Shown: positions 29,312-39,165 of the stretch, one piece after another
Layout of the letters: each line of letters opens with the position of its first letter
How positions within the stretch are numbered: the first letter of the stretch is position 1
NCBI GenBank assembly: GCA_024276515.1
Contig: JAJRXB010000341.1
Coordinates: 1-40,571, forward strand
Reading direction: 5' to 3'
DNA: 40,571 nucleotides
DNA from: Chloroflexota bacterium
GTDB lineage: Bacteria; Chloroflexota; Anaerolineae; 4572-78; NAK82
The notes under the pieces: generated by a model
The model's database searches: none
The model's input: the letters and a program-made list of their open reading frames with translations, nothing else
Told to the model about the DNA's origin: nothing
Translations under genes and position numbers: made by a program

Positions 29312-31927
29312 ATGGAGAAGACACCCTTTGTTCTGCAATTCCACGAGATAAGCGAAGACGACGCGCGGCTGGTGGGCGGCAAAGGTTTGCGCCTGGCCGA
29401 GATGTCGCAAGCGGGGCTGCCTGTTCCTCCCGGCTTCTGCGTGACGACGACCGCCTATCGCGCCTTTTTGTCGCACAATGGGCTGGCGCCGGCCGTGGCG
29501 GCCGGCGACGAGGCGACCGTGCGCCATCTCATCGCCACGGCCGAGTTGCCCCCAAACATCGCCACCGCCATCGTCGAGGCTTACGAAGGATTGCGCGGCC
29601 CGGTGGCCGTCCGCTCCTCGGCCACCGCCGAGGACAGCCACGACGCCTCCTTCGCCGGTCAATACGACACCTTCCTCAACGTGATCGGCGCCGAAGCGGT
29701 GCTGGACAAAGTGCGGGCTTGCTGGGTGGGACTCTGGAGCGAACGCGCCCTGACTTACATGCGAGAGCAGGGGCTCAACCCCTTCCAGGCCGATATGGGA
29801 GTGGTGGTGCAGCGCCAGGGACAGGCCCAGGCGGCCGGCGTCCTCTTCACCCTCAACCCGACCACCGGACGCGAAGAGGAGATGGTGGTCGAAGCGGTCT
29901 GGGGGCTGGGCGAGGCGGTCGTCTCGGGCCGGGTGACGCCCGACCGCTACGTGATCCACGTCTACGAGCGTCGGGTGTTGACCCGCGACATCGCCAACCA
30001 GTCCGTCGTCCTGGTCACCGGCGGCGACGGCGGGGTGCGCGAAGAGCCCCTCCCCCCCGACCAGCACGACCGGCCCGTCCTCGGCGACGAACAACTGCTG
30101 GCATTGACCGACCTGGGCCGTCGAGTGCAGGCCATCTACGGCTACCCCCAGGACATTGAATGGGCGCTGGTGGACGACGATTTCGTCCTGCTCCAAACCC
30201 GACCGCTGACCTCTTTCAGCTTCGACCCCGGCCTGGGCCAGTGGACTTCGGGCAACTACCGGGAGGTGCTGCCCGGCTTTGCCAGCCCGCTGGCCCTGTC
30301 GTTGAGCCTGGAGCACGATTACGGACGCGCCCTCAGCGAGTTCTTCCGCGACATCAAAATGGGCGAGGCCCCGCCCGGCACCGTGTGGGGCCGACCCTTC
30401 TTCGGTCGAGCCTATTGGAACGTGGGCGTCGCCAAGCGATTCGCCGCCCTGATCCCCGGCTTCAAAGAGCGCGTCTTCGACCAGACCGTCGGCATCGAAC
30501 CCACCTACGAAGGGGACGGGCTGACCACCCCCTGGTCGCCCCGGACCATCCTGCGCGCGTTGCCCATCCTGTTCGCCCTCAACGACCAGTTCAAAAAAGG
30601 CTGGCGCGAAGGACGTGCCTACCGCGACCGATTTTTGAACGAAATCGAGCCGGCCCTGAACGCCGTGGACCCGGCCTCCCTCTCGGACGCGGAATTGGCC
30701 GACTATTGCCACCAGATGGCCGAACTGCACTGGGAGGCCAACGGCACCGCCATCCGGGTCAGCATCCTTTCTACCCAGGCGCAAGACGACTTTGAGCCGA
30801 TGGTCCGCCGCCTGAACGCCACGTTGCCCCCCGACCAACGCATTGCCGAGGGAGACTTGATCACCGGCCTGAGCGACGTGCGTACCGCCCAGCCCACGCT
30901 GGAGTTGTGGGAACTGGCCCGCGCCGCCCTGGACGACCCCCAGGTGGCAACCGCCGTCACCCAGGGGGACCCGGACGGCATCCCAGAGCGACTCCAGGCC
31001 ACCGAGGCGGGCCGTGCCTTCTGGCAGCAGGTGCAGGATTACCTGACACGCTACCATTACATGGCCCCCATAGACGAGGACCTCAGCCAGCCCCGCTGGG
31101 ACGAGGACCCCAGCTTTGTGCTCTCCACGTTGCAGGCCTACGCCCGCGCCGACGAGTCGGTGGACCCGGCGCGTCACCTGGCGGCCCAGCGGCAGGTGCG
31201 CCGGACGACCGAGCGGCGCGTGCTGGAGATTCTGTCGCGCGGCTGGCGACGACTGTGGCCCTTTGGCCGGCGGTCGTTCATCAAGCAATTGCGCCTGGTC
31301 CGGCGTTACGTCTGGTGGCGAGAGGAGACGCGGGTCATCGCCTCGCGCGCCTTTTACCAGTGTCGCCGTTTTTACAAAGAGCTGGGCCACCGCTGGGCCG
31401 AGCAGGGCATCCTCGACGAGCCGGAGCACATCTTTCTGCTGCGCTGGCCGGCCATCCGTGCCGTCCTCGACGGCGAAGCGCCGGCCGAGGGACTGCGGTC
31501 CCAGGTAGCGGACTACCTGCTTCTGAAGACCTGCTACCGCAACTTCGAGCCGCCCGGCGTCATCGGCGTGGGGGCCAGCATGCAGAAGCCGGCCATCCGG
31601 CCCGGCCAACGGGTGTTCGAAGGCATCCCGTGCAGCAGCGGGCGGGTGGAAGGCGTTGCCCGCGTGGTGGAGACGCTGGAGGAGGCGCGGGCCTTGCAGC
31701 GCGGCGAGATTCTGGTCGCCCGCTACACCAACCCCGGCTGGACGCCCCTCTTCAACCTGGCAGGGGGCATCGTCATCGAGGAGGGAGGACTGCTCTCCCA
31801 CGGCGCGGTGGTGGCGCGAGAGTACGGCATCCCGGCGGTGCTGCGCATCGAGGGGGCGACCAAGATCTTTCGCACCGGCCAGCGACTGCGGATTGACGGC
31901 GGAGCCGGGACAGTAGAGATCCTGTAA
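29312..31927 (+). CDS. PEP-utilising enzyme of the rifampin phosphotransferase/PigC architecture
   Basis: ATP-grasp (VGGKG, VRSSATAED, SFAGQYDT, DIEWA, QTRP), central helical domain, C-terminal phospho-His swivel (GGLLSHGAVVAREYGIPAV); start 29300 or 29312. Confidence 0.88.
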   Translation: MEKTPFVLQFHEISEDDARLVGGKGLRLAEMSQAGLPVPPGFCVTTTAYRAFLSHNGLAPAVAAGDEATVRHLIATAELPPNIATAIVEAYEGLRGPVAVRSSATAEDSHDASFAGQYDTFLNVIGAEAVLDKVRACWVGLWSERALTYMREQGLNPFQADMGVVVQRQGQAQAAGVLFTLNPTTGREEEMVVEAVWGLGEAVVSGRVTPDRYVIHVYERRVLTRDIANQSVVLVTGGDGGVREEPLPPDQHDRPVLGDEQLLALTDLGRRVQAIYGYPQDIEWALVDDDFVLLQTRPLTSFSFDPGLGQWTSGNYREVLPGFASPLALSLSLEHDYGRALSEFFRDIKMGEAPPGTVWGRPFFGRAYWNVGVAKRFAALIPGFKERVFDQTVGIEPTYEGDGLTTPWSPRTILRALPILFALNDQFKKGWREGRAYRDRFLNEIEPALNAVDPASLSDAELADYCHQMAELHWEANGTAIRVSILSTQAQDDFEPMVRRLNATLPPDQRIAEGDLITGLSDVRTAQPTLELWELARAALDDPQVATAVTQGDPDGIPERLQATEAGRAFWQQVQDYLTRYHYMAPIDEDLSQPRWDEDPSFVLSTLQAYARADESVDPARHLAAQRQVRRTTERRVLEILSRGWRRLWPFGRRSFIKQLRLVRRYVWWREETRVIASRAFYQCRRFYKELGHRWAEQGILDEPEHIFLLRWPAIRAVLDGEAPAEGLRSQVADYLLLKTCYRNFEPPGVIGVGASMQKPAIRPGQRVFEGIPCSSGRVEGVARVVETLEEARALQRGEILVARYTNPGWTPLFNLAGGIVIEEGGLLSHGAVVAREYGIPAVLRIEGATKIFRTGQRLRIDGGAGTVEIL

Positions 31928-31981
31928 GCTCGTAAAATTTCCCTACGTTGCATCAAATGCGATAGATTGCAACAAAATGCC

Positions 31982-32010
31982 TTGACTTATCGTCTGGCTT
32001 CTGGTACAAT
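31982..32010 (+). promoter_or_regulatory. Putative sigma70 promoter
   Basis: TTGACT-N17-TACAAT with extended TG. Confidence 0.7.
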
Positions 32011-32060
32011 TTTGCCTGGACGCGACACACCAACGAGCAGGGTAAGTCCGGGGAGGCGCT

Positions 32061-32822
32061 ATGGCGGATTTGCTCACAACCAAACAGTTGCAAGAACTAT
32101 TGCAGGTTGACCGCACCACCATCTATCGTATGCTGAACGAGGGGCGGATTCCCGGCTTTAAAGTTGGAGGGCAATGGCGGTTCTCGCGTGATGCAATTGA
32201 GGCCTGGTTGCAAGAACAGGAGAGATCGCTGGGACCTTCCACCCCGGATGCCGCGAGAGCCATAAGGCCGACGGTCGAAGCCTTGCCCATCAATTGCGTC
32301 CAGTCCATGCAAGACATCTTCGCCGAGGCGATGGACGTGGGCTCAATCGTCACGCGGCTGGACGGTGAGCCGATCACCGAGATGAGCAATTCTTGCGAGT
32401 TTTGCAACCTGATCCTGTCCAGCCCCTCCGGTCGACAGGGATGTCTCGACTCGTGGCGACAATTGGCCAACCAAATAGATCGCAGACCCCGATTGCACGA
32501 ATGTCACGCCGGCCTGAAGTATGCCCGGGGGCGGATCGAAGTGCAGGACGAGTTTGTGGGGATGGTCTTTGCCGGCCAAATGTCGACAGACGCCGACACC
32601 GGTGGGCTGGAAGCCCGGCTACCAGAACTGGCAGCTCGCTACAACCTCGACGAGGCGAAATTGCGCCGGGCCGTGACCACGGTGCGCCTGAAGCCGAGCC
32701 ACGAGATCCCCAAGCTGTACAGGCTCCTGCAACGGATGGCCGACACCCTATCGGAGGTGGCCTGCGAACGACTGGCGTTGCTTCAAAAGCTGCGCCACAT
32801 CGCAGAGATCACTTCTATGTGA
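32061..32822 (+). CDS. Excisionase-like HTH (HTH_17) regulator with PocR sensory domain
   Basis: LLTTKQL...TIYRM...GRIPGFKVGGQWRF; PocR Cys pattern CEFC...GC...CHAGL...GQ; GGGAGG RBS. Confidence 0.85.
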   Translation: MADLLTTKQLQELLQVDRTTIYRMLNEGRIPGFKVGGQWRFSRDAIEAWLQEQERSLGPSTPDAARAIRPTVEALPINCVQSMQDIFAEAMDVGSIVTRLDGEPITEMSNSCEFCNLILSSPSGRQGCLDSWRQLANQIDRRPRLHECHAGLKYARGRIEVQDEFVGMVFAGQMSTDADTGGLEARLPELAARYNLDEAKLRRAVTTVRLKPSHEIPKLYRLLQRMADTLSEVACERLALLQKLRHIAEITSM

Positions 32823-32919
32823 TGGAGCCTTGCGCAGCGTCGCCGGCAGATGGGTTTCGGGAACTTCGGGGGTGGGGGGAGGGCTTTGCCTCCTCTCGCC
32901 GCCAACACGCAAGAGGGAG

Positions 32920-32955
32920 TTATGTAAGGGCGAGGCATGCCTCGCCCTTACATAA
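32920..32955. repeat. Perfect 36-bp palindrome, GTAG/GTAA-type REP
   Basis: TTATGTAAGGGCGAGGCA|TGCCTCGCCCTTACATAA. Confidence 0.8.
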
Positions 32956-33009
32956 ACATGGAAGCCACCACGTGTGAAGTTTTTCGGCATGTTACGTGAC
33001 ATGAGTCCA

Positions 33010-33038
33010 TTGACCGCCGAAGAAAGGCATGCTATACT
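33010..33038 (+). promoter_or_regulatory. Putative sigma70 promoter of the rrf2 gene
   Basis: TTGACC-N17-TATACT with extended TG. Confidence 0.7.
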
Positions 33039-33085
33039 GAAAATACACAATTCCTGTCCGATAAGGATACTTCTCGTGTACGCAG

Positions 33086-33544
33086 ATGGGAAAGGGGAGC
33101 GCTGTGGAAATCACCCGTCAGGCAGATTACGCAGTCCGTGCTATGACCTACCTGGCAGAGCTGCCATTGGAAAAGCGAGTCGCAACGGCCACCATCTCTC
33201 GGGTGGAGGGTATCCCCTTGCCGTTTCTCACCAAGGTCATCTCACGGCTGGCGACGGCTGGCCTGGTGGTCACCAGCCGGGGGATGGGGGGTGGCGTATC
33301 GCTGGCCCGTCCGCCCGAGGAGATCACCTTGCTGCAAGTCATCGAGGCGGTGGATGGCCCAATTCTCCTCAATCACTGTCTGCTGCGGTCAGATTCGTGC
33401 GACCGCGAACCTTATTGCGCGGCTCACGACGTGTGGGCCGAGATTCAGGGACGCCTGGTCCAGGAATTGGACACGGTGACAATGGACGATTTGGCCCGGC
33501 GACAAGCCGAGAAAAGAAAAATGTTGGTTGACAGCGGTCAGTAG
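33086..33544 (+). CDS. Rrf2-family transcriptional regulator (Fe-S binding)
   Basis: ADYAVRAM, SRGMGGGVSLARPPEEITL, C-x6-C-x5-C-x2-H; true start may be the GTG a few codons downstream. Confidence 0.92.
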   Translation: MGKGSAVEITRQADYAVRAMTYLAELPLEKRVATATISRVEGIPLPFLTKVISRLATAGLVVTSRGMGGGVSLARPPEEITLLQVIEAVDGPILLNHCLLRSDSCDREPYCAAHDVWAEIQGRLVQELDTVTMDDLARRQAEKRKMLVDSGQ

Positions 33545-33562
33545 AATTGTTCCCCTTTAAGC

Positions 33563-33611
33563 AACAGCAGGTGGCAGTCACTTGTGGCACAAGTGACTGT
33601 CACCTGCTGTT
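33563..33611. terminator. 24-bp inverted repeat between convergent genes (REP-like, possible bidirectional terminator)
   Basis: AACAGCAGGTGGCAGTCACTTGTG / CACAAGTGACTGTCACCTGCTGTT, 1 mismatch; core GTGACTGTCACC also at ~5645 and ~27722. Confidence 0.6.
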
Positions 33612-33617
33612 CCCCGT

Positions 33618-34421
33618 CTACTGTCTACTGAATTGAAATCGCTGCCGAAAGCGGCGCAACAGTCGCAGCACAGGCGCACCCAACAGTAGAAGCAGCAACA
33701 GATTGCCGATGGCACGCCCCGCATCCCACCAGAGAGAAGTGGTCAGATAAAACAGGCCATAACGCACCAGGGTTTGCAACAGACCGACGCTCGGCTCCCA
33801 GGTGGTGCTCCCCAACTCCCCGGCGGCCGGCCCTCCGCCGGGGGACACCAGATAAGGCCAGAACCAAAGGTTCATCACCAACCCGTAGAGAAAGCCACTG
33901 AGAGCACCCCAGACTGCCAGCAAGAATACCTCCAGGCGTCCCCGGCCGGAGAAATGCGGCAGCCAGCCCGAGGCCATCCCCATCCAGCCGGCGGCGAACA
34001 TTTGAAAAGGGAGCCAGGGTCCCACCCCGCTGGTGATGATCCCCGACACCAGCATCGAGAGTGCGCCCATCAAAAAACCGAAGTCGGCGCCAAAGACGTA
34101 GCCGCACAGGATGGGCAAAAAGAACATCGCGCTGAAGCCGGCCGGCCCGGGAACCAGACGCAACGTGGCGTTGATGCCCACCAGCACCCCCAACACCGCC
34201 ACCACTCGAGCGTCCATCCGGCGCGTTTCCAGGTTGGCGACGATCACCACCAGGCATAATCCCAACAGCAAAATAAAGATGAGCGGCGCGTCGTCTGTGT
34301 GGGCCATCCCCATAGGGGGTCGTTGCGGAGTGGGCGAGAAGAACGGATACAAAAAAGCCCACCCTCCCAGCACGCTGGCCAGCGCCAGGATGAGCGTCGA
34401 AAGAAATTGGGACTTCGTCAT
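33618..34421 (-). CDS. ECF transporter S component (CbrT-like, likely corrinoid)
   Basis: Hydrophobic; FGFLMG...GVGPWLPFQM, WDAGRA; last gene of the riboswitch-controlled operon. Confidence 0.85.
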   Translation of the reverse strand: MTKSQFLSTLILALASVLGGWAFLYPFFSPTPQRPPMGMAHTDDAPLIFILLLGLCLVVIVANLETRRMDARVVAVLGVLVGINATLRLVPGPAGFSAMFFLPILCGYVFGADFGFLMGALSMLVSGIITSGVGPWLPFQMFAAGWMGMASGWLPHFSGRGRLEVFLLAVWGALSGFLYGLVMNLWFWPYLVSPGGGPAAGELGSTTWEPSVGLLQTLVRYGLFYLTTSLWWDAGRAIGNLLLLLLLGAPVLRLLRRFRQRFQFSRQ

Positions 34422-34424
34422 TCG

Positions 34425-36122
34425 TCAATCCCCAATCCCCAACCCCCGCAACACGTCCTCCACCGTCAAAAAGCGGTCGTCGCGCAACAGCTTGTTGATT
34501 TGAGAGGCAAAAATCAGCGAGCCGGTCATCACCTCGCGCACCGGACCGTCTACCACCACCTGCCCCTCGCCCAGGATCACCACCCGGTCGGCGCAGCGGG
34601 CGACCAGTTCCACGTCGTGGGTGGCCATCACCACCGCCACCCCCCGGCGACGCAAGTCGGTGAGGATGGCGGTCAGTTGTTCTTTGTTGATGTAATCGAG
34701 ACCGCGCGTTGGCTCATCCAGGAGCAAAATCTCCGGCCCGGCAACCAGGATGGCAGCCAGGGCCGCCCGCTGACGCTCGCCGGTGCTCAGGTCGCGGGGA
34801 TAGGCCTGGGCCAGGTCGCTGAGGCCCAGCCGGTCCAACAAGGGGTGGACGTCGGCCTGGGGGATCTGATGCGCCCGGCAGGTGAAGGTCAACTCGTCGG
34901 CCACCGTCTCGCTGAAGAGAAGTCGCCCGGGGTTCTGGGGCACAAAACCCACCCGTCGGGTTATTTCGGTCAGCGACATCTTCCCCGTGTCCTGGTCGAG
35001 GATGCGGATTCTCCCCCGTTGCGGGCGCAGCACACCCACTATGTTCTTGAGCAGGGTGCTTTTGCCAGACCCGTTGCGTCCCATCAGCGCCACCAACTCG
35101 CCTCGTTCCACGTCGAGGCTCACACCCCGGAGCGCGTCGGCGCCGTTGTAGCGATACCACACGTTCCGGGCGGCGATGGCGGGCGACGGGGGACCTGCAA
35201 TTTGCACCTGGGGGAAGATGATTCGCGAGTCACCCACCTCCGTTCTTGCCTGCGCCGGTCCGTCGGCCTCGGGGGGGAGAGGGGAGTCGGGGCGAGCGGT
35301 CGCAAGCAAGTCGGCGGCAAAGGCGCGCCCCTCTTTGATGGTCAGCGGCACAGGCTGCCAGCCGAGCTTCCGTCCCAACTGCACCAGAGGAGGAGCGAGT
35401 TCTGCCCGCGCCAACACCTGGCGCGGGTCGCCGACGATAGGGGGCTGGCCCTGCGCCGGCAGATAACACACCCGGTCGGCGTATTGGGCCACCCGCTCCA
35501 GCCGGTGCTCGGAGATGACGATGGTCAGTCCCAGGTCTTCGTTCAGCTTTTGGAGGATGGTCAACACCTCTTCGGCGGCCTGCGGGTCGAGTTGCGAGGT
35601 TGGCTCGTCGAGGACCAGCACCGACGGTTGCAGGGTCAGCACGCTGCCAATGGCAACCCGCTGGCGCTCGCCGCCGGAGAGGGTCTCGACCCGCCGGTGG
35701 CGCAGGTGGGCGATGGAGAGTTGGTCGAGCACTTCTTCTACCCGCTTGCGCATCGTGGTTTGCGGGAGGTTGTGATTTTCCATAGCAAAGGCCAGTTCGT
35801 CTTCCACCCGCCGGGTGACGAATTGCGCTTCGGGGTCCTGGAACACGAAGCCGACCAGGTCGCTCATACCGCGCGGTCCCAGGGCCACCGGATCGCGGCC
35901 GGCCACGCGCACCTGGCCGCGAATCGTCCCGCCGTGGAAATGAGGGACCAACCCGTTCAAACAGCGGAGCAGGGTGCTCTTCCCTGCCCCCGAAGGTCCC
36001 ATCACCAGCAAAAATTCGCCAGCCGACACCCGAAGGGAAACGTCGCGCAGGGCGGGGAGTTTTTGGTTGGGATAATGATAGGTGACGCCGATCAGTTCAA
36101 TACCCATAGGGCGTTTCGTCAT
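34425..36122 (-). CDS. ECF transporter duplicated ATPase (A-A')
   Basis: GPSGAGKST / [17 protein letters not shown] / LSTGERQR, two DEPT motifs; GGAGAGG RBS. Confidence 0.92.
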   Translation of the reverse strand: MTKRPMGIELIGVTYHYPNQKLPALRDVSLRVSAGEFLLVMGPSGAGKSTLLRCLNGLVPHFHGGTIRGQVRVAGRDPVALGPRGMSDLVGFVFQDPEAQFVTRRVEDELAFAMENHNLPQTTMRKRVEEVLDQLSIAHLRHRRVETLSGGERQRVAIGSVLTLQPSVLVLDEPTSQLDPQAAEEVLTILQKLNEDLGLTIVISEHRLERVAQYADRVCYLPAQGQPPIVGDPRQVLARAELAPPLVQLGRKLGWQPVPLTIKEGRAFAADLLATARPDSPLPPEADGPAQARTEVGDSRIIFPQVQIAGPPSPAIAARNVWYRYNGADALRGVSLDVERGELVALMGRNGSGKSTLLKNIVGVLRPQRGRIRILDQDTGKMSLTEITRRVGFVPQNPGRLLFSETVADELTFTCRAHQIPQADVHPLLDRLGLSDLAQAYPRDLSTGERQRAALAAILVAGPEILLLDEPTRGLDYINKEQLTAILTDLRRRGVAVVMATHDVELVARCADRVVILGEGQVVVDGPVREVMTGSLIFASQINKLLRDDRFLTVEDVLRGLGIGD

Positions 36123-37224
36123 AAGCAACCTCTCCGGTCAAGCGGCCGGCCAGGGCCGGCGCAGCGATGAGCAAGAGTGCCAGACCGATGAGCGGGTCGA
36201 AGGGGGGCCAGCCCAGTCGTGGATAGGGATAAAAGATAAGGGCGGAGCGATGAGTGACCCACGTCGCCAGGATGACCAACGTGGTAGTGATCGAGGCAGC
36301 GGCTACCAGCGAATCGCTCCGTCGCCACAGGTCGCGCCGGTAGCGACTGCGTCGCACGGTTTGCCCGACCATCCACAGGACGGCGACCAGCATCACGCCG
36401 CCGGCCAGCATCGTCGTCCCCCCAACGGCTTTGTTGGGAAAGTAACTCAGGGCGAAAGCCCCGCTGACCAGCACGACCAGGGCCAGGGCGATGATACTTT
36501 TGAACAGTAGCTCGGAGCGACCAGCGCGATCCGTCCCCGTGAGGGAAGCGGGGGGCGGCTGGCCCCCGAAGCCACGCGCGTCCATCGACTCGGCCAGGGT
36601 GATGCTGCGTTCCAGCCCTTCGGTCAGCAGCGCGACGAAAAGGGGAAGCAGGTCGCGGACGCCCCGGAAGCGGTGGCCGCGCAGCGCCTGTGCTTCGCGG
36701 ATCTCTCGCTGGGCGACGACCATCTGGGGCACAAAGGTGATGGCAATGGAGGCCACAATCGCCGATTGGTAGAGAAAGGCGGGTGTGCTGCGCAAAAGCT
36801 GGTAGTGATCCACCAGCGTGTTGAAAGTAGCAAAGGTGACGAGCACTCCCATCAGAGCCAGGCCGGTGGTCAGGCCGTAGACCAAGCTCTCCAGAGTGAC
36901 CTGGCCGCCAATCTGTATCAAGGCTGGCCCCTGCTGCAATGGCGTCGCCAGCTTCCAGCGCAGAGTGGGCAGGGTGAAGAGCAAAGTGTCGCCGGCACTG
37001 ACGAACAGCAGGTTGAAGGCGACGCTGAAGAGGACCAGAATCAGCCCGATGCGAAGAAACACCCCCCATTGACGAGCAGTGGGCGACGTCCGGCCCAGGG
37101 TGACGTAGTTGGCGCCCACGGCCAGGATGGCGACGAGCAGGTAAAAAGGGTTTTTGGTCAACACGACCGACGTCAGCGAGGCCAGCAGCCACAAGCCCCA
37201 CGCCTTGGGGTGATACATATTCAC
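36097..37224 (-). CDS. ECF transporter T component
   Basis: AQALRG and SMDARGFG coupling motifs; multiple TM helices. Confidence 0.9.
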   Translation of the reverse strand: MNMYHPKAWGLWLLASLTSVVLTKNPFYLLVAILAVGANYVTLGRTSPTARQWGVFLRIGLILVLFSVAFNLLFVSAGDTLLFTLPTLRWKLATPLQQGPALIQIGGQVTLESLVYGLTTGLALMGVLVTFATFNTLVDHYQLLRSTPAFLYQSAIVASIAITFVPQMVVAQREIREAQALRGHRFRGVRDLLPLFVALLTEGLERSITLAESMDARGFGGQPPPASLTGTDRAGRSELLFKSIIALALVVLVSGAFALSYFPNKAVGGTTMLAGGVMLVAVLWMVGQTVRRSRYRRDLWRRSDSLVAAASITTTLVILATWVTHRSALIFYPYPRLGWPPFDPLIGLALLLIAAPALAGRLTGEVAYDETPYGY

Positions 37225-38066
37225 GACCGCCCGCGGGTTACGAAGTAGGCCACGCCCAACAGCACAAGCCCCAACCCCGAAAGGCCGGTCACCAGCAGGA
37301 TGAATGGGGACGGGAGTTGGGAGCCGGGAACAGCGGGCTGGGGGGTAGAGATTGGAGGCTGGGGAGACGGGCTAAGAGCGCCAGACTCGAGCCGGGGGTT
37401 GGGCTGTGTGAGTGTGGGGGTGGCAGATAGACGGGCAACCGGTGGTGTGGAGTCCTCGCCCGACCTCGCCAGGGGAATGGGCGTCTCCGTTGCCGGCACA
37501 GGGCAGATGTCCTCGGCCAGAACCGCCACCGGCGGCGATTCTCGGCCACTGCCCCAAACCCAGCCTTCCACGCCACCATCCCTTACCGTGCGGTTGGATG
37601 CGCCCAAGGGGGAATACTTCCACCGACCGTCCTCCGCGTACCAATACGTCCAATACTGGCATGGCGTGCCCAGGCATTGGCAAAAGCAATCTTCCCCCGG
37701 ATAGTCGCACCCGGTTTCGCCGATTTTGCAGATGGCCGTGCCGAGCATCCCTTCTGTCTCGAAAATGAGGTCAAGTTCCGATTGGCGCAGAACGTCCAGC
37801 CCGGTCGCCTCGGCGGCCTCTAGCTCGACGCACCGGGTAAACGTGGAGCCGTCCTCAAATTGGACGTATAATCCCACCCGAATGGGGCCGTCGGCAAAAA
37901 CGGCGGGCACGTTCATCCCAAGCCAGACCCCCAACAAGACCCCTATCGCCAGGGCCAGGCGACGCCCGTCCCCCGCTCGCGTGGGTTTTGTGCGACTTTC
38001 TCCTGCTTTCCAACCCAACAAAATCCCCCCTGGCTTGTGGCATAGGGGGGTGACTTGCCTGCTCAT
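37221..38066 (-). CDS. Cys-rich membrane-anchored putative corrinoid-binding protein (DUF4430-like)
   Basis: Signal-like segment, CKIGETGC...CFCQC...YWTYW...GASNRTVRDGGVEGW, Pro-rich linker, C-terminal TM; start uncertain. Confidence 0.65.
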   Translation of the reverse strand: MSRQVTPLCHKPGGILLGWKAGESRTKPTRAGDGRRLALAIGVLLGVWLGMNVPAVFADGPIRVGLYVQFEDGSTFTRCVELEAAEATGLDVLRQSELDLIFETEGMLGTAICKIGETGCDYPGEDCFCQCLGTPCQYWTYWYAEDGRWKYSPLGASNRTVRDGGVEGWVWGSGRESPPVAVLAEDICPVPATETPIPLARSGEDSTPPVARLSATPTLTQPNPRLESGALSPSPQPPISTPQPAVPGSQLPSPFILLVTGLSGLGLVLLGVAYFVTRGRS

Positions 38067-38109
38067 CAATGCTCTTACCCCCTTTCCGCGAAGGTTGCAC
38101 AGAGCAGTG

Positions 38110-38355
38110 GCAGAGGCGGGTTTTCTGGCTTGGCCGGTAGTCAGAAGTCAGTAGCCAGATGTCAGTAGTCAGAAAGCTCTCCCCTGCTGCTCACTGACTT
38201 CTGAGTACTGGCATCTGACCACCGTCTACTGGCCTTACAGTTGCGGGACAGCGCCGGACTTCCAGTTTCCAGGAGAGGAAGCTGGGCACCGGTCTTCCCC
38301 CACGCTCGCGAGAGCGTGCGCCGCGCTTCCGGGCGGCTGGCGCACCTCTGCCAGT
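38110..38355 (-). ncRNA. Cobalamin riboswitch
   Basis: Minus strand AGGTG...GGGGAAGACCGGTG...CCGGCGCTGTCCCGCAACTGTAA...AAGCCAGAAAACCCGCC (B12 box) upstream of the ECF operon; boundaries approximate. Confidence 0.88.
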
Positions 38356-38459
38356 GCGCGTCAGATGTCGAATATTGTGTGCGGCCATCTTAGCACACTT
38401 GGCGGTGATCGTCAACAAACGAGGCATTCAATCCTACACTGGACACTGGCGATCTTTCT

Positions 38460-38570
38460 GTAGTGGCAACTTTGGTCGTCCACAGCAGGGCCAAAGCGAC
38501 TAAAGTCGCCACTACATCCCCACATCTTGGGATTCACCGGCACCGGGCGGACACATAGGTCCGCCCCTAC
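38460..38570. repeat. GTAG-type REP doublet plus a further REP
   Basis: GTAGTGGCAACTTTGGTCG...GCGACTAAAGTCGCCACTAC (same family as 169-233); GGGCGGACACATAGGTCCGCCCCTAC. Confidence 0.7.
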
Positions 38571-38626
38571 GGCGGATTTGCTAACATCCCGTGAGAATGG
38601 ATCAGCCCTGGCTCCGCTTCCGTCAC

Positions 38627-38655
38627 TTGAAGGAACGTCGGGGCCGTGTTATAAT
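38627..38655 (+). promoter_or_regulatory. Putative sigma70 promoter of the moaC operon
   Basis: TTGAAG-N17-TATAAT with extended TG. Confidence 0.7.
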
Positions 38656-38670
38656 CGCCCCCACAGGTGA

Positions 38671-39165
38671 ATGGAGATGAAACTGAGTCATTTAGACGAA
38701 CAAGGTCGTGCCCGCATGGTGGACGTGGGACACAAACTCGATACCCGACGCGAGGCCATCGCCAAAGGGCGGGTACTGATGCAACCCCAAACGCTGGCAC
38801 TCATCCAGAAGGGAGGGCTGCCCAAAGGGGACGTGTTGGCCGTGGCCCAGGTGGCCGGAGTGATGGCCGCCAAGCGAACTCACGAACTCATCCCGATGTG
38901 CCATCCGCTGCTGCTGACCCACGTCGGGCTGGAATTTGAGCCCCGCGAGCCGGAGGATGGGGACGAATTGGCCGCCATCGACATCACCGCTACGGTGCGC
39001 ACCACCGGCAAGACCGGCGTGGAAATGGAAGCTCTCACCGCTGTGGCCGTCGCCGGCTTGACGATTTACGATATGTGCAAGGCGGTAGACCGGGGGATGC
39101 GACTGGAAGCGGTGCGATTGGTGCGAAAGAGCGGGGGCAAAAGCGGGGAATGGATTGGAAAATGA
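38671..39165 (+). CDS. moaC: Cyclic pyranopterin monophosphate synthase
   Basis: [50 protein letters not shown]. Confidence 0.96.
   Translation: MEMKLSHLDEQGRARMVDVGHKLDTRREAIAKGRVLMQPQTLALIQKGGLPKGDVLAVAQVAGVMAAKRTHELIPMCHPLLLTHVGLEFEPREPEDGDELAAIDITATVRTTGKTGVEMEALTAVAVAGLTIYDMCKAVDRGMRLEAVRLVRKSGGKSGEWIGK

Noticed and set aside
29279-31801. 840-aa minus-strand ORF, and similar long ORFs such as 269..1339, 2908..4326, 9437..10576, 26048..27343, 27846..29105 and 34299..36170
   Set aside because: Antisense or alternate-frame shadows of well-supported genes in GC-rich DNA; no recognisable motifs
29312-31927. Calling this gene rifampin resistance (rph) or PEP synthase (ppsA)
   Set aside because: The domain order excludes canonical PpsA; substrate specificity lies in the central domain and cannot be assigned by eye
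33049-33072. Rrf2 operator (AATTCCTGTCCGATAAGGATACTT)
   Set aside because: Position is plausible but the symmetry is too weak to call without comparative data
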